A stretch of 64,000 nucleotides of DNA from Hydrolagus affinis (GCA_012026655.1 JAAILG010000551.1:1-64000); one strand, 5' to 3'. Shown: positions 11,909 to 25,064, numbered from the stretch's first letter. Notes: generated from the letters alone by a model not told the origin. Numbers and translations: made by a program.

Positions 11909-13287
11909 CTTTAATATTAAACCAACAAAAACATTTTGATATCAATTATTTGAATCGGCACGGGAGCAAAACAATGCTTTAAAACCCCATCAACTTGTAC
12001 CAGAAATACCTATGTAATTTTTGAAGGACATCAGGAATTTGAATGGAAATAGGAAAATACTGTAAATTAGACACCAATGAAGTCCAGCCACACAGAACCC
12101 AGAGTCTTGCTATAAGCCACGTATTTTCCAAAGGTCTATACCGTTTTCAATATTTTGAATATTTTAAGCAATAAATATTTAGTTAATACATATGTCAGTT
12201 ATTATTGGCAATAAAAATCCATCTGCGATTTGACAATAATTACCTGAAAGAATTAGTACCTGGATATTCATATGGTATTAAACAGTGGGAAACAGTTCAC
12301 TAATAACTCTTGCATTTGGTAAATAAAGCATCTTTCACATCAGGGGGATGTCTCAATACTGCAAAGTATGACTATATTTTGTACGTGAAATCAAGTCAAT
12401 GCAATGACTTGAACCTGTATTCTATTTTAAATTCTGCTGATCAGGGAAAGGGTGCAGAATCCTAAATGCTTAAAACATCGGTGAAAATCAAAAACAGGGT
12501 TTGCGTTTATATAGCACCTTTCATATGAAATAAACGCCTAGAAGCGCTACACAAATAATACTGATCAGAAATGAAAGTGGATGTTGTTGTGGAAGCAAAT
12601 GCTGCAGTGAAACTAGACCGACAACATCCCATTAAACAGTGAGATGAGCAGCCAATCAACAGGAACTAGCGGGTAAATTTGGAGACCACATAAGCCAGGA
12701 TAACCAATAATTATATTTTGATATTGATAGGAAAGCAGCAAACGCCAGCCAGATATTATAGATTTTACAGCCCACCCTATTGAACGCCATCATTTTGTAC
12801 TTCTAGGTCAGGATTCAAACCTGGTAAATTGCCCTGATAACTAAGGCAATTTCCTCCCTTACACCATTCGTTCCCATAACTAGTGTTTCTTGTATATCAG
12901 TCAGCACCTGTCCACTGCTGCTTCTCCTGATCAAACTTTCCCCTTCAACCTCTGTGCATCACAGCAATTTTCTGTTGAACACGTCCTCAAAGACTGGAAG
13001 AGACGTGGACTGTTGATAGTCCAGGTTATTCCTGCCTTCAGTTCTTATTATTGATCACTTGAGTCCTCAATACTTGCAGAATTCCAGCATGAACTACCAG
13101 AGAACCTGGTAAATTCAACTCTCGCAAGTGAAGTTTATACGTTTCAGACACGCTTGTGCTGCATCCTATTGTGCGTGACAGGACGTAGCTCAATGTTTTC
13201 TTGTTGTAGAGTAGGGCATGGCAACTGTACACAAGGGAAAAACACAGCGACACTCAATTGCTGTGTCATTTGCCAATATGCTGAACT

Positions 13288-13657
13288 ATTATAATAATCC
13301 TTGCATTTGATATAGCGCCTTACTACGTCATTGAGATGTCTCAAAGCGCTTCACAGGATACATTGTCAAGTGAATTGACTGTATATTTTGTGGGTGAAGC
13401 GCGGCAGCCAATTGCGCACAGCAGTGTCCTACGAACAGCCACGGATTGAAAGACCAAATTATTATTATTTTATAAAGAGGTTATATTCCTGGAAAGCAAT
13501 CTGGCAATCGTCTAACAACCAGGTTCATACTTACTGCTAGGTAAACAGAGGCGTGTGGAATAAGGAAACCTGCCCACGGCTTTGACCTGCCCGGGAATTG
13601 AACCCGTGTCCTCCGGCGTGCAAGGCAAGTGCTCTAATCACTGCACTGCAGGACTCG
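13288..13657 (-). mobile_element. tRNA-derived composite SINE, long form
   Basis: tRNA-like head with A/B boxes, CORE-like middle, Deu-like 3' part, L2-like tail ending (TTA)n. Confidence 0.9.
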
Positions 13658-13832
13658 CAGCTGAACAGAAACTTCCAATCCCTACATTGTGGGCAGACTT
13701 CCTGAGATGCCGGTACATCAAAGGAAGTCACTTCAGGTGGCCCGTACCCACCTTGCAGATACAGGCAGCCAGAGGCCCAGTGCTCTCATTATAGGAAATA
13801 TCAAAAACAGAGAAAATACACATTTATTATCA

Positions 13833-14000
<168 letters not shown>

Positions 14001-14573
14001 TTACACCGGAGTTTGAACGTTTGCATCTCTGCAGCAGATGACTTTTCCATCTTTCTCTCCTGTTCTGTAAATCCAGGGCCGGTCTAGCTTTGCCTGGACT
14101 GAAAAAAAGGATCTCAAAAGGGCTGCTCGTTTGCATTGGGGCCGGGAGGGAAGGGAGGGAAGTTAGTGGCAGGGAAAGCTTCTTTTATTAAAGTATAGAC
14201 TGGAACTGACAGTCCATTATTACAAGACAGCAGACACAACTTCTCCAGGGCCATGGCTACTTTGTGGCTTTCGAAACACTCCACTTAGAACATCTATAAA
14301 AATGGGACTTCAGGCAGTTTCCATACATCTACAAAGTCGGATCAAATAGATCTGCCATCAGATCGAGACCCCATCAATTCAAGACAAAGATCTGGCTGAC
14401 GTCCAGCTGTGCGCAGCCTTGGAAGACCCGAGCCTTAATTACAGGCTCTACTGTTTAGTGTTTCAAAGAGGGAAAATGGTTTGAGGCATTCCTGCATCCA
14501 TACACTCAAATAGTATTGATGTGAGAGCTGATAGGAAATTGAAAATCAAACCCTGCAAACTACACTGCAAAAG

Positions 14574-14877
14574 AATAATAATAATCCTTGCATTTCATAC
14601 AACACTTTTGTACGTCTTCTAGACGTCTCAAAGCGCTTCACAGAATATGCTGGTAAGTGAACTGACTGTATATTTATGGCCGAAATGTGGCAGCCAATTG
14701 CGCACAGCAGTGTCCCACAAACAGTTGTGAATTGGGAATGGACAATTTTTTTTTTTTAGGGATTTTTTTCAGGTGTATGGAGTATGGAAATTTGCCCAAG
14801 GTTTTCACCCTGTCTGGAATCGAACTCAAGTCTCTCACTTGCAAGGAGAGTGCTCTAACCACTGAGCTGCAGGACTC
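14574..14877 (-). mobile_element. Composite SINE, short form
   Basis: Same family; B box gagttcgattcc on -. Confidence 0.9.
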
Positions 14878-15619
14878 ACGACAATTCAAAACAAGCCTGT
14901 GGCTGGGGAATAAGAAGTTGTCTGGTGTGTCTCAGCCTTTTGGTTTCTTCTCTCCAGGAAGTTGGGTCTCATGCTGAAGATAGCAACCAACTATCCGAAC
15001 AGAGAGAGAGAGAGAGAGAGAGAGAGTCTGGACAGAGAGTATTAACGAGTCAATGTAACCTCGGGGGAGAACAGTCAGAGAGAACCAACAGGGCAACGTG
15101 ACCTTTTATGGTGCCCCAGGGAATAGCAGCCGAGACTGTACCCAACAGCACTAAATGTGAATTTCCCAGGAACGGTCACAGTGAGGTAGCAGCGGGCCAG
15201 ATTCTAGCCTTCCCGAACAACCTGAGAACACTGCGGAGAAATGGCCATAACCATCAATGTCATTTACCCCGCCTGGCAGAGAGAGCTACGCAAAGGTGAC
15301 TCACTTTGTTCCTCAAGAGTGACCCACTGATTGATATTAATTTGGGCCAGGACGGAAGGAGGGACGGGGAGGGGGAATGGACAAACAACAACAACAACAA
15401 CAACAAAATTACACTTGTATAGCGGCTTTCACGTCAGGAGGACGCCCCCAAGGCACTAAAACGTTGAGTGAAAGCGAGGATGATGAAAGTCGACTTGTGG
15501 AATGACTGCGGTTGTCTTAAGTGTCCAATGTTAGTTTCAACTAGTCGGGTTCGGACCATATAACTGCTATTACTCAGAGCCTAGACTGCGCCTGCATTGC
15601 CACGACACACACACCCCAG

Positions 15620-15782
15620 CTGAACTGACTGTACATTTGTGGGCGAAACGCGGCAGCCAATTGCGCACAGCAGTTGTGAACTGAATTGAAGTGGCCAATG
15701 TTTTTTTGGATGGTTTATTATCAGGCATGTGGTGTAAGAAAATTCGCCCGAGGTTTCACCCTGATCTGGAATCAACCCCAGC
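15620..15782 (-). mobile_element. Composite SINE fragment abutting exon 16 donor
   Basis: Matches the family from the B box to the Deu-like part. Confidence 0.8.
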
Positions 15783-15788
15783 ACTCAC

Positions 15789-15972
15789 CATGGAGAGGTA
15801 ACACAGCTGCTGGCAAATCTGGCACCTCCGCTCCGATGTTTCCGACGCCAACCACTTGCGCGATTTCTTCTTCATATCCATCATGGACAGGTGACTGTCG
15901 TGGCTGCCGTAACGAGCTGACGAATGCAAACCCGCTTCAAATAGCTGCTGTCGCTGTTTCAACTCTGAATCC
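15789..15972 (-). CDS. JARID2: JARID2 exon 16 (C5HC2 zinc finger, part 1)
   Basis: 184 nt; [25 protein letters not shown]...[18 protein letters not shown]|gtgagt. Confidence 0.96.
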
Positions 15973-16282
15973 CTGCGTCAAGATGGGAGCACACATTACT
16001 TACATTGCTCAGCGACAGCAAGGCACTCACACTGAGCACAGCAAATCCTGCAGGTGCTCTGTGTACATCTGACCCTTTTCCCCACCCTCCCACCCCGCTC
16101 TCGTTCTCTCTCTCTCTCTCTCACACATCATACATAGTATATACAAAGATACACTGTACATACAGTATATTGCAGCACCAGCTAAACCACCTTCAGGGAT
16201 AGATTTATGACAGTTTTTAAACCATATTAAGGAGCAAATTACGAACCACTGCTTTTAAAAGGTGTAGTAAAGCTCGCAAAAT

Positions 16283-16375
16283 ATAGTCAATTCACTTTAC
16301 ATTCTATGAAGCGCTTTGTGATGTCTCGAAGATGTGATAAACGCTATATCAAATGCAAGGATCATTATATTATAA
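16283..16375 (+). mobile_element. Composite SINE 3' fragment
   Basis: tagtcaattcactttac...aagcgctttg...atcaaatgcaaggatcatta. Confidence 0.8.
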
Positions 16376-16975
16376 TATGCATTAATTGTACGATTCTGAC
16401 GAAGTTGCGTTCAAGTGTTTACACTCTATGCGAGCCTGACTTAACTCATACTTTGCGTAAGTCATATTAAAATATGGTCCCAATGGAGATGACTGGTGTA
16501 TGAGGTTTTACTGTAAAAGATTTTAGAAAAGATGTTTAAAACAATTTTTCTATAAGGGAGTTCAAATAAAGTTCAGAGCACTTTCACTGCAACGAGGCTT
16601 TCAAACGCATACCACAATAAAATATATATTTTTTTAAACTGCACAGCACGCAATTTTAAACTGACCTGGCATTTAGCGCTGCTGGACTGGAGTTGGAAGG
16701 GGATAATCTGTGTTGTGTATGCAAAAGTATAAAATGATAACATTGAAAGACTAGGGGCCATTTATTTTAGATCCATTAGCCACACAGGAACAAAGATCAA
16801 CTCGCAATCCCACTCCAAAATATTCCAACCTTTTAAACAGGAAGAAGAGTCTAAGGGGAGGCATTAACAGTTCTCACTCCTCCCAACTCTGTGAGTGAAA
16901 GATAATCTTACAGATATTGAACCACTGATGTCTTGGTTGATAACACTGCGTTTCCAGCTTGTGAGCCTGGTGTTT

Positions 16976-17006
<31 letters not shown>

Positions 17007-17394
17007 GGAGCTGCTCCAGAGGCCTCAGTACAGGGAGGGGACTCAATTCACTTTTAACAAGGTCTGGCAACTCAGGAACGGTCTGAGAGCCAAACCTGAG
17101 CCATCTAATACAGGAAACCACATTGTCTGCTAGGTACTGTAGCCGAGTAAGCCAAAGAAAGCCCTTGTGGACCCCCTGGCCTCTGAAAGACCCAAGTAAA
17201 TTATAGCCACAACCGCCCATCCACTCATATGTTAACTATCAAAACTTGCAATTTCACTTTTACGCCACTGCTTCTGATTGAATATTGAGCATTTATTTCC
17301 TCTTTGTAGCTTTAGAAACTGTCTGACAACACAGCACTCTCCCAACGCACTGCTTGGGGACACTGCATTGTCAGGATCCCATAGAATCACATAA

Positions 17395-17770
17395 TATTAA
17401 TAATAATAATAATCCTTGCATTTGATGTAGCGCTTTTCACGTCTTCTAGACATCTCAAAGCGCTTCACAGAATATACTGTAAAGTGGATTGACTGACTGT
17501 ATATTTGTGGGCAAAACACGCAGTACAGAATGAAGCCATTTGGCCCATCATGCCCGGGCCAACCTTATAGAAGACCTGCCCAATCAGTCCCATATCTCAA
17601 CTCTTTCTTCAAGTATTTCAGATGAGATGTATATCAAATGCAAGGATTATTATTATTATTTTATTATACCTTGGATGAGATGTTAAGGTGAGCTGCCTGT
17701 TCAGGTGGACGCTAAAGATCGCACGCAATTCTTTAGTAAGAAAAGTTTTCTCCCGGTTTCCTGGCCAACA
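17395..17770. mobile_element. Nested cluster: SINE tail (-), CR1-like tail, SINE tail (+), Deu-SINE fragment (+)
   Basis: Family motifs in both orientations; Deu motif ggatgagatgttaa...caggtggacg.taaagatc...cctggccaa. Confidence 0.7.
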
Positions 17771-17937
17771 GGTAAATTGGTCATTCACTTTACGGCTGTC
17801 TGTGGGAACACTGAGGTGCATCACCCCCACTTGCTTGCTGAGGAAAAGGCCATCTGTCAATTGCCCTTCTCAGACACCCGTGCTCCCTCACTCGGGAAGC
17901 TGGGGTTCAGTGTTACAGTGCAACATTTACACAGTAC

Positions 17938-18068
17938 CTGAGTTCTTTCAGAAGTGAAGAGATATGACTCAGCTTCGATCCACTTTCCCGCTTCGACTCA
18001 GCTGTCGCCATCAGATAAAGCAGTTTCTCCATCGAAAAAGCATTAGCGATGAATCGACGTTTCAAGTC
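17938..18068 (-). CDS. JARID2: JARID2 exon 15
   Basis: 131 nt; cag|DLKRRFIANAFSMEKLLYLMATAESKRESGSKLSHISSLLKELR|gtactg. Confidence 0.95.
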
Positions 18069-18819
18069 CTGTACAGAACACAGTCAAAAAAGGCAGGCCC
18101 TTCAGATAACGCGGAGAAGCAGAACACACACAGTGTCCCAGGCAACGGCTTTCAATATATTCGGTTTTAAATCTAAAGGTCGTTAACCAGCCTTAAAATA
18201 TATAAAACACAATTAGTTACTTGATAACCCATTGGGGATAATTTTGCAGTATTTAACAGGATGTCCTGTGGATCCGAGGAACCCCACTCTGGATAAACAT
18301 TGTCAGAATTCCCCTGAGTTAGTGTGACGTAAATCTCGGTAACAGAAGGAGCCATCAATAGATGCAGCTAAGATTCCTTATAAAAGGATGCCATTAATAG
18401 ACACTTCAAATGAGACTTTATTGTCTACACAACCTCCTGGTAATATCTACAACCTCTCTTCACCTTAAATAAACAAGATCATAGGAAGGACAAGTTACTT
18501 TCCTCCCTCCCCACCGAACTTAAGACTAATGTAGTGAAAATTGATGTGTTGATCTAGAGAAATGTCCCCCCAATTTAAATATTGATCTACTTTCATGCAG
18601 TAATGATAGTAATAAGAATTTTTGCATTTTGTGCATCTCCAGATGCGGAAGAGCTCAATACACCAGGGGCAGGCGTGAGCCTCAGCGATACTCTAGAGCT
18701 GTAGGGCTGCTCAAACCCTGTGTCATCACACAAAATTATATCCCTAGAATGTGCCAAAGGTACTGATCTTGGAACATTTCGGCATTGTGAATTGCAGGAC
18801 TTGATGATAATAATTATGG

Positions 18820-19108
18820 TAATAATATAATTATAATAATCCTTGCATTTGACGTAATGTTGTCGGGACATCTCAAAGCACGGCAGTGTCCCACAAACAG
18901 CCGTGGATTGAGCGACCAAATAACGGAGGGATTATTACCCCTCGTGAATCCGTCTGCCAATTGACTTAAGAAACGGGTTCCTACTTACTGCGAGGTAAAC
19001 AGAGATGTGAGGAGTAGGGAAAGTTGCCTAAGTGTTTGCCCCGGCTGACAAATCAAACCCAGGTCCTCTCGCTTGCGAGGCGAGCTCGCTAACCACTACA
19101 CTACAGGA
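18820..19108 (-). mobile_element. Composite SINE, long form with internal deletion
   Basis: Contains cctacttactgcgaggtaaacagag and the tRNA head. Confidence 0.85.
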
Positions 19109-19452
19109 TAATCTATAATGTGGTTAAGAAATATTTAGTAAGGCAGATGTGTTTCGCACTAAAGCTATTTACTGAGCCGCAACAGGCCATTGAGGATTTA
19201 TAAATAGTCCTGAACCCAAAGAAGCTGAGAACCACTGCCCAAGAGCACCACAGGCGCTGTGCCAATGTAATTTTGTTGTTGTTGGGAAGAGCACACAGTC
19301 AACAATTGTGGGGCGAACGGTGTCCGTCTGCGGTAGACTTACTTCACGTAGCAAGAGAAACTCTTAAAATAACCGAAGGTGCATTGGACAACGATTTAAA
19401 GAAAACTCTTTGTGTTGATAGGACGTATAATGATAGTAAGTGAGTCTCTTAC

Positions 19453-19635
19453 CTTACCAGCTTCATAGCCTGTATTTAGCCACTGAGTAGAAGCAAAATG
19501 CACAGCTTCTGAAACACTATAGCCACAGCAGACTTTAGACACAAAGGCCCCTGGGGAACACACAATAAACTGTCCACTCTGCTGTACAGTGCGATACACC
19601 TTGATTCCCTCCTTACACAGGATCTCTGGAGAAAT
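19453..19635 (-). CDS. JARID2: JARID2 exon 14 (JmjC)
   Basis: 183 nt; tag|[61 protein letters not shown]|gtaaga. Confidence 0.96.
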
Positions 19636-20224
19636 CTACCAAAAGACACACTGATTAGTCACCGACAATGGAAAAGTAAATGCGACTGTGCAGTTTACAA
19701 AACAATCTGGATATTCACAGTAATTGTCCTTGGAGGCCATCGCTGGTCAAGGCAGATTTGGCTCGGAGTGTGGAGACACCTCGACCCAGGCATCTCCACC
19801 GTAAGGCATCAGCAATGAGGCAGAAAGGCTAGTTGCTACACACTTGCCTGGCTTTCACAGGCACTCATCTTGTCAATTAGATCAACCTCAAGGTTGTCCT
19901 TGCCTGCCCTGTATTTTAATAATGTAGCCATAAGTGCATTATAAATGTAGATATTAATATAAATGATATCATGAAGGGTTTGTCCTTGGAGCATTAAGTA
20001 GCCACATTATATTTTTAATCAAGAAGAAGAAAAAGCACCCCCCCCCTCCCCCCCTCCCCCGGCTCTGTCCAAAGGCAATTTTACCAAAGCTGAGAAAAAT
20101 CAATCCACAAAATGACAAGAGCGGCAGTTATCAGGCAAACCTGAAATCTAATCTTCCAGTTCAGAATTCACCTCTCCAACGCTGCAGCCGAGAACTCTTT
20201 AACCGTTGTGTGACTGTTGCTTAC

Positions 20225-20330
20225 CATAATATTACTTTCAAGCATATCCAGCCCTGACGTGCCATTAGCTTGCAGCAGGGTGTGCACCACTTCATCAAGT
20301 TTGTTCTTCTCCTCAGCAGGAATGCAATAC
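20225..20330 (-). CDS. JARID2: JARID2 exon 13 (JmjC)
   Basis: 106 nt; YCIPAEEKNKLDEVVHTLLQANGTSGLDMLESNIM|gtaagc. Confidence 0.96.
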
Positions 20331-20439
20331 CTGGAGAAAGGAAGATAAGAGGTGGTAAGATCAACCCTCCAAAGACCAGACCACGGGAGATTCAGGGCAC
20401 TGGTTGCTATATTCAAGTCCGACAACTGGTGTTATACCA

Positions 20440-20464
20440 GTGTGTGTGTGTGTGTGTGTGTGTG
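20440..20464. repeat. (TG)n microsatellite
   Basis: Direct read; similar tracts at 15001-15026 (AG), 16981-17006 (CT), 20876-20893 (CA), 24065-24089 (GATT). Confidence 0.95.
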
Positions 20465-21439
20465 GGGGAGCTGTGAATGTCCATAGCCTCAATGATGAGC
20501 CATCTCTCTTCTAGAAGCATTTGCACCTCAGCCACTATCCATCGTTCACAAAAGCCAATTGGCTTTTCAGAGTCCCTCACGCACATCCACATCGTTGCCC
20601 AAAGGCCATCTCTGGAAATTTTTCACGTGTAGGCGGGTGGGTCGTCCTCTTAAACACAGTGGTGGGTTTCCGCACGAATCAGACCACAAAACAGTTGCAA
20701 AAAGAGCAACAGAGCCACTCTCAAAAAACACCTTTCTCTCGTCCTTCTACCGCAACACAAACAGACATACAAACGCGTAATCCACCCCCCCACCCACCAG
20801 CTGCCAACAATCACAACACCCACGTCCTCAAAATACACACACACTATCTTCCACCACAACCTCCATGACCCCAGCACACACACACACACACACAAATGCA
20901 CAGACAGACACAACCCAATAAGAGGGAATTATTTTTCTTCAATTCTTGATGGTTCTTGAGAATTGTGAGACCCAGTTGATGTCTGTTTAAATATTGTCCC
21001 TCTCCCCTAAAGATGGAGGCTCGTTGTGAAGTACTGCTCCAAAGGAACCAGCATCACTCAGGTACATTTTACATTGGATGTTCCTCACATGGCAGACTAG
21101 ACAGCGAGTGTTAACAGGCTGTGTTTGTGTTTGGGAGGGGATAGCTTCACAGCTGAGCCTAATGCTGTCTACACACAGCACCCATATACAGAGATCACAG
21201 TGATCAGGATTTTTCACCTCTTCCCTGTCCAGTGACAATGAAGCCAATTTCAGCCACCAACTTGTGATCCAGGTGAGATCAGCAAGCTCAGCAGATGTGG
21301 AATGAAACCTGGGACCCACTAGATGTGTATGGTTCCCACCCCAAGGTGGTTAAGCTTAACTGACCAATTAGTTACAACATTACAGTGAATAGAGGAAGAC
21401 TACTTATTTTTCTTGTATGTGTATGTTTTGAATCCAGAA

Positions 21440-21675
21440 CGAAACCGTCGGCAAGTTTCCTTACTCCACACGGCTAATAATAATCCCTCAAAAAATAAAA
21501 CAATTGGTTATCTCAATCCACAACTGTTTGTGGGACACTGCTGTGCGTAATTGGCTAACGTGTTTTGCCCACAAATATACAGTCAATTCACTTTACAGTA
21601 TATTCTGTGAAGCGCTTTGAGACATCTAGAAGACATGAAAAGCGCTATATCAAATGCAAGGATTATTATCATTAC
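21440..21675 (+). mobile_element. Composite SINE, short form, 5' truncated
   Basis: ggcaagtttccttactccacacggctaataataatccctc...caaatgcaaggattatt. Confidence 0.9.
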
Positions 21676-23101
21676 TATAAACACCAGAGCCTTAAGGTCT
21701 TAAAACGATTGCAGTGCAATGGCAAAATGTAATTGATGATGTGAAAATGTAATGTGTTTGTTTCTATGTAGAAATGACCGTGCCATGGTAATGCAGGGTA
21801 ATTGAGAACATGTGCAAAGTAAAATTTGCTCTAAATGCTGTCCTCTAATACGTGTCCCTTCACACAGCAAAGTAAAAACAAAATATAACTTTGCAATGTT
21901 CATTTCTGCCATACAACCCCAAGCTCACGAGTACAACAAGCCAATAGTCATTTATAAAGATGAAAATCAATAGATCCTGAAGAAACCCTGTTAATTCTAC
22001 TGCGTTTTACCAGACGCACCAAAAAAATCAATCACGTCTTCCTGATCTTTTCTGGTTGAAGGATTTGGGGGGAGGGGGGAAAAGAGAAGAAAAGGCAGGA
22101 AAGGGGAAATAGGAGTTGCCATGGGCTAACTCGTGTTCTCAGCTCTTTAGGAGGTTAATATGATTAATATTTCAATAGGTTAGTGCAGTACACAGATAGA
22201 GCTGAGAGATATACAAACTTATGTCTGAAGCCACCGGGTAAATGAGCAGCAGCAGCAGCCAGGCCAAGGAGAAAACAAGTTAATTCTCCTTACACATTCA
22301 TCACTCACCACAGTGATAGGTGGGGAAAGAGGGTATCAAAATTAGGCAGCGACTCGCATTAGGAGCATTTTCCTGCGGATTGTGGAGCAGCAGCAATGAG
22401 AGACCTGCAAAAAATCCGATGGCTTCCTTCCTTTCTTGGGGTGGGGGGGGGAGGTGGGGGGGGAGGGGGGGGTTCTTTGTGAAGTCTAGCAGAGTGAACC
22501 CAGAGTAAATATTTACCGTTCATCAATTAAATTTAAATGAACAGCAGCCTTCAACACAAAGATAGTCTGCATACAAGCAGCTTGGTGGAATATTTTGAGG
22601 TGCCATTGCACTATTTAAAGAGAATGTTTTGCTTCTGAAGACCCAATTCACCAGTTTGCCACTGTGCGAGGACTGACTAGACCTTGTAGGGTAACACGCT
22701 ATTCAGAGACAGGGTAATTAACGGGCCCGCCAGTGTGATGAAAACACAGCGAGTCTTGAAAAGTGCCGAATCCAATGAGCATTTGGGAACATTTGCAAGG
22801 AGGCTCGATAGATCAGACTCAGCAATGGATCAAACAGCAATATTTGTCTGGTGCTATTATTCAATTACTTCTCATTTTCTAATATTCTGCTGGGAATGTT
22901 AACGCATAGTTTATGATGGAGCACATCTCACTTCCATGTCTTGAGACTGCACACAGCAGAAATGACAAGCCAAATGGCCTCCTACAGTGCATAAACATTG
23001 TACGATTCCATCGAGACGACCACAGAAAGATCAAATAAATCAACTCTCCACTTTTTAACCAAGGCAACTTTGGGTTTCAAATTAGAACATACAGGCTCAG
23101 G

Positions 23102-23335
23102 NNNNNNNNNNNNNNNNNNNNNNNNNNNNNNNNNNNNNNNNNNNNNNNNNNNNNNNNNNNNNNNNNNNNNNNNNNNNNNNNNNNNNNNNNNNNNNNNNNN
23201 NNNNNNNNNNNNNNNNNNNNNNNNNNNNNNNNNNNNNNNNNNNNNNNNNNNNNNNNNNNNNNNNNNNNNNNNNNNNNNNNNNNNNNNNNNNNNNNNNNNN
23301 NNNNNNNNNNNNNNNNNNNNNNNNNNNNNNNNNNN
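23102..23335. other. Assembly gap (234 N) in JARID2 intron 12
   Basis: Run of N. Confidence 1.
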
Positions 23336-25064
23336 GCACTTTGTAGCTGATTTCAGTAGATGTGCGTTTGGACTGTAGAGATGACTGTGTTGTGTGCATT
23401 ATTTTCAGCGGAGATTTCTACTGAATGTCTGCCTCACGTACAAAAAAGGATACACCAAGTGTAATCATATTGTTGGAGAGATAAATTGTTGGGGTAAATC
23501 AAGCGCGACTTTCCTCTTTGATATCAAGTGCGAGCACTTTATTAAAATAAGTTTGCAAGAGAATTTGTTAAGAAGAGCTTTGGTTTATAATAGCACAACC
23601 GTGCAGGTTACTGAAAATTAACCGAGTAGCTAAACACAGCTCTGCCAGGCAACAAGTTCACTCAAAGAAGAGCGTTCAGGGCCTAATGACTGGGTACACG
23701 AGTAGAGAACAAGAAGAGTTTCTCGTCCATAAATCCCTCTTCATCACTGTCGTATTCTTGGGACTGAATCACCTGGAGTTGACCACTGACCACTTTGATA
23801 TCGGAGACTATTTGAGGAATTAAGAGTTGAAAGTGTTCTGTGGGGCCTGCGCCAACGCGATTCAATCCATCGATAAGCATGCCAGGAAGATGCCCCACAT
23901 GAACGGTGCTACATAAATGCAAGTTGTTGTTGTTATCGGTATTTGGGAGTGAAAAATTGAGTTTCTGCAGATTACTGGAGTCCTTCAAACTATAAATAGC
24001 ACCTTGAAGGGGCATCTCAGCTGAAAGAACTTGCTTTCAAAAGGGCACCTCAATCTGTTTTTCGTGATTGATTGATTGATTGATTGATTAAAGATTGCAC
24101 CTCACGAGAAGGATACAATGCACAATTCCAAAGGGGAAAAAAATTTGTTATCAGACCCTTTGTTTTGGTGCCATGTCTTAGCACATTGTCGCTCACCACC
24201 CATATCACTCTTCTCTGCACTGAACTGATACAAATTCCAGGAAGCCACACATAAGCAAATTGCAAATAAAAAATAAAAATATGCAGAAAAAGTGCAAATA
24301 GGGGGATATGGGGGCAAATCCTGTTTAAACTAACAGCAAGTTCCATCCAACTGCCCTTTTAAGTGCTGAACACTCTGCCTGTCTGACACAGATATCCTAA
24401 GTTCTGTCCATGCTGGCTAACTGCTAAGATGATTAAAGCAAGTTTAAAGGTGATTTAAGGATATGGACAAAAAGTTTAACTCACTTCTGTGTCAGTGAAG
24501 CAGGTCTTCAGTTCAATCTGGTGGAAGAATTAAAAAGAACTATTATCTTAACATTCAAGTACTTGGTAACACTTTGTGACCAAATGCTGACTAGCTGACC
24601 GAAGCTCTATTTACACTGAGGCTGTAGATTCAGATTGAACCTGAATCTACAGCTATTAGGGATTAAAAGTAAGTGTAAATACAGCAGGATACAATTCACA
24701 GAGAATCATAGTTTTGTTTTATTCCCCTCCCAAAAAAAAACAAAAAAGGATTTGATTTTGAATCCTTCCTGTAGAATGAAGATTCAAACCAAGACTGTAT
24801 AATTGCTTGATCATAATTGATTCCTGCACTGGTAACCCACAAAGCAACGTAAATGCAGAGCTCCCATTGTTAACAGCCAGAATTGACCCTGTGTTTTGCA
24901 GATGTTGTGGGTGGGTGGGTGTGTGGATGTAGTGAGAAAATAGGTTAGGAAAGAGAAACACACTATTTCAGAGCCAGATGATCCAGACCCACTCTGGTAC
25001 GCTGGTGTAAGTGGGGCTAAAGAGGAAGGGGTGATTGCACCCTTCCCCCAAGGACAGGCACTTA

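Noticed and set aside
16196-16480. Possible Harbinger-like MITE split by a SINE
   Set aside because: Termini too degenerate to support a call
22998-23399. ORFs spanning the N run
   Set aside because: Gap artefacts; exons 12 and 13 already join in frame, so no exon is missing
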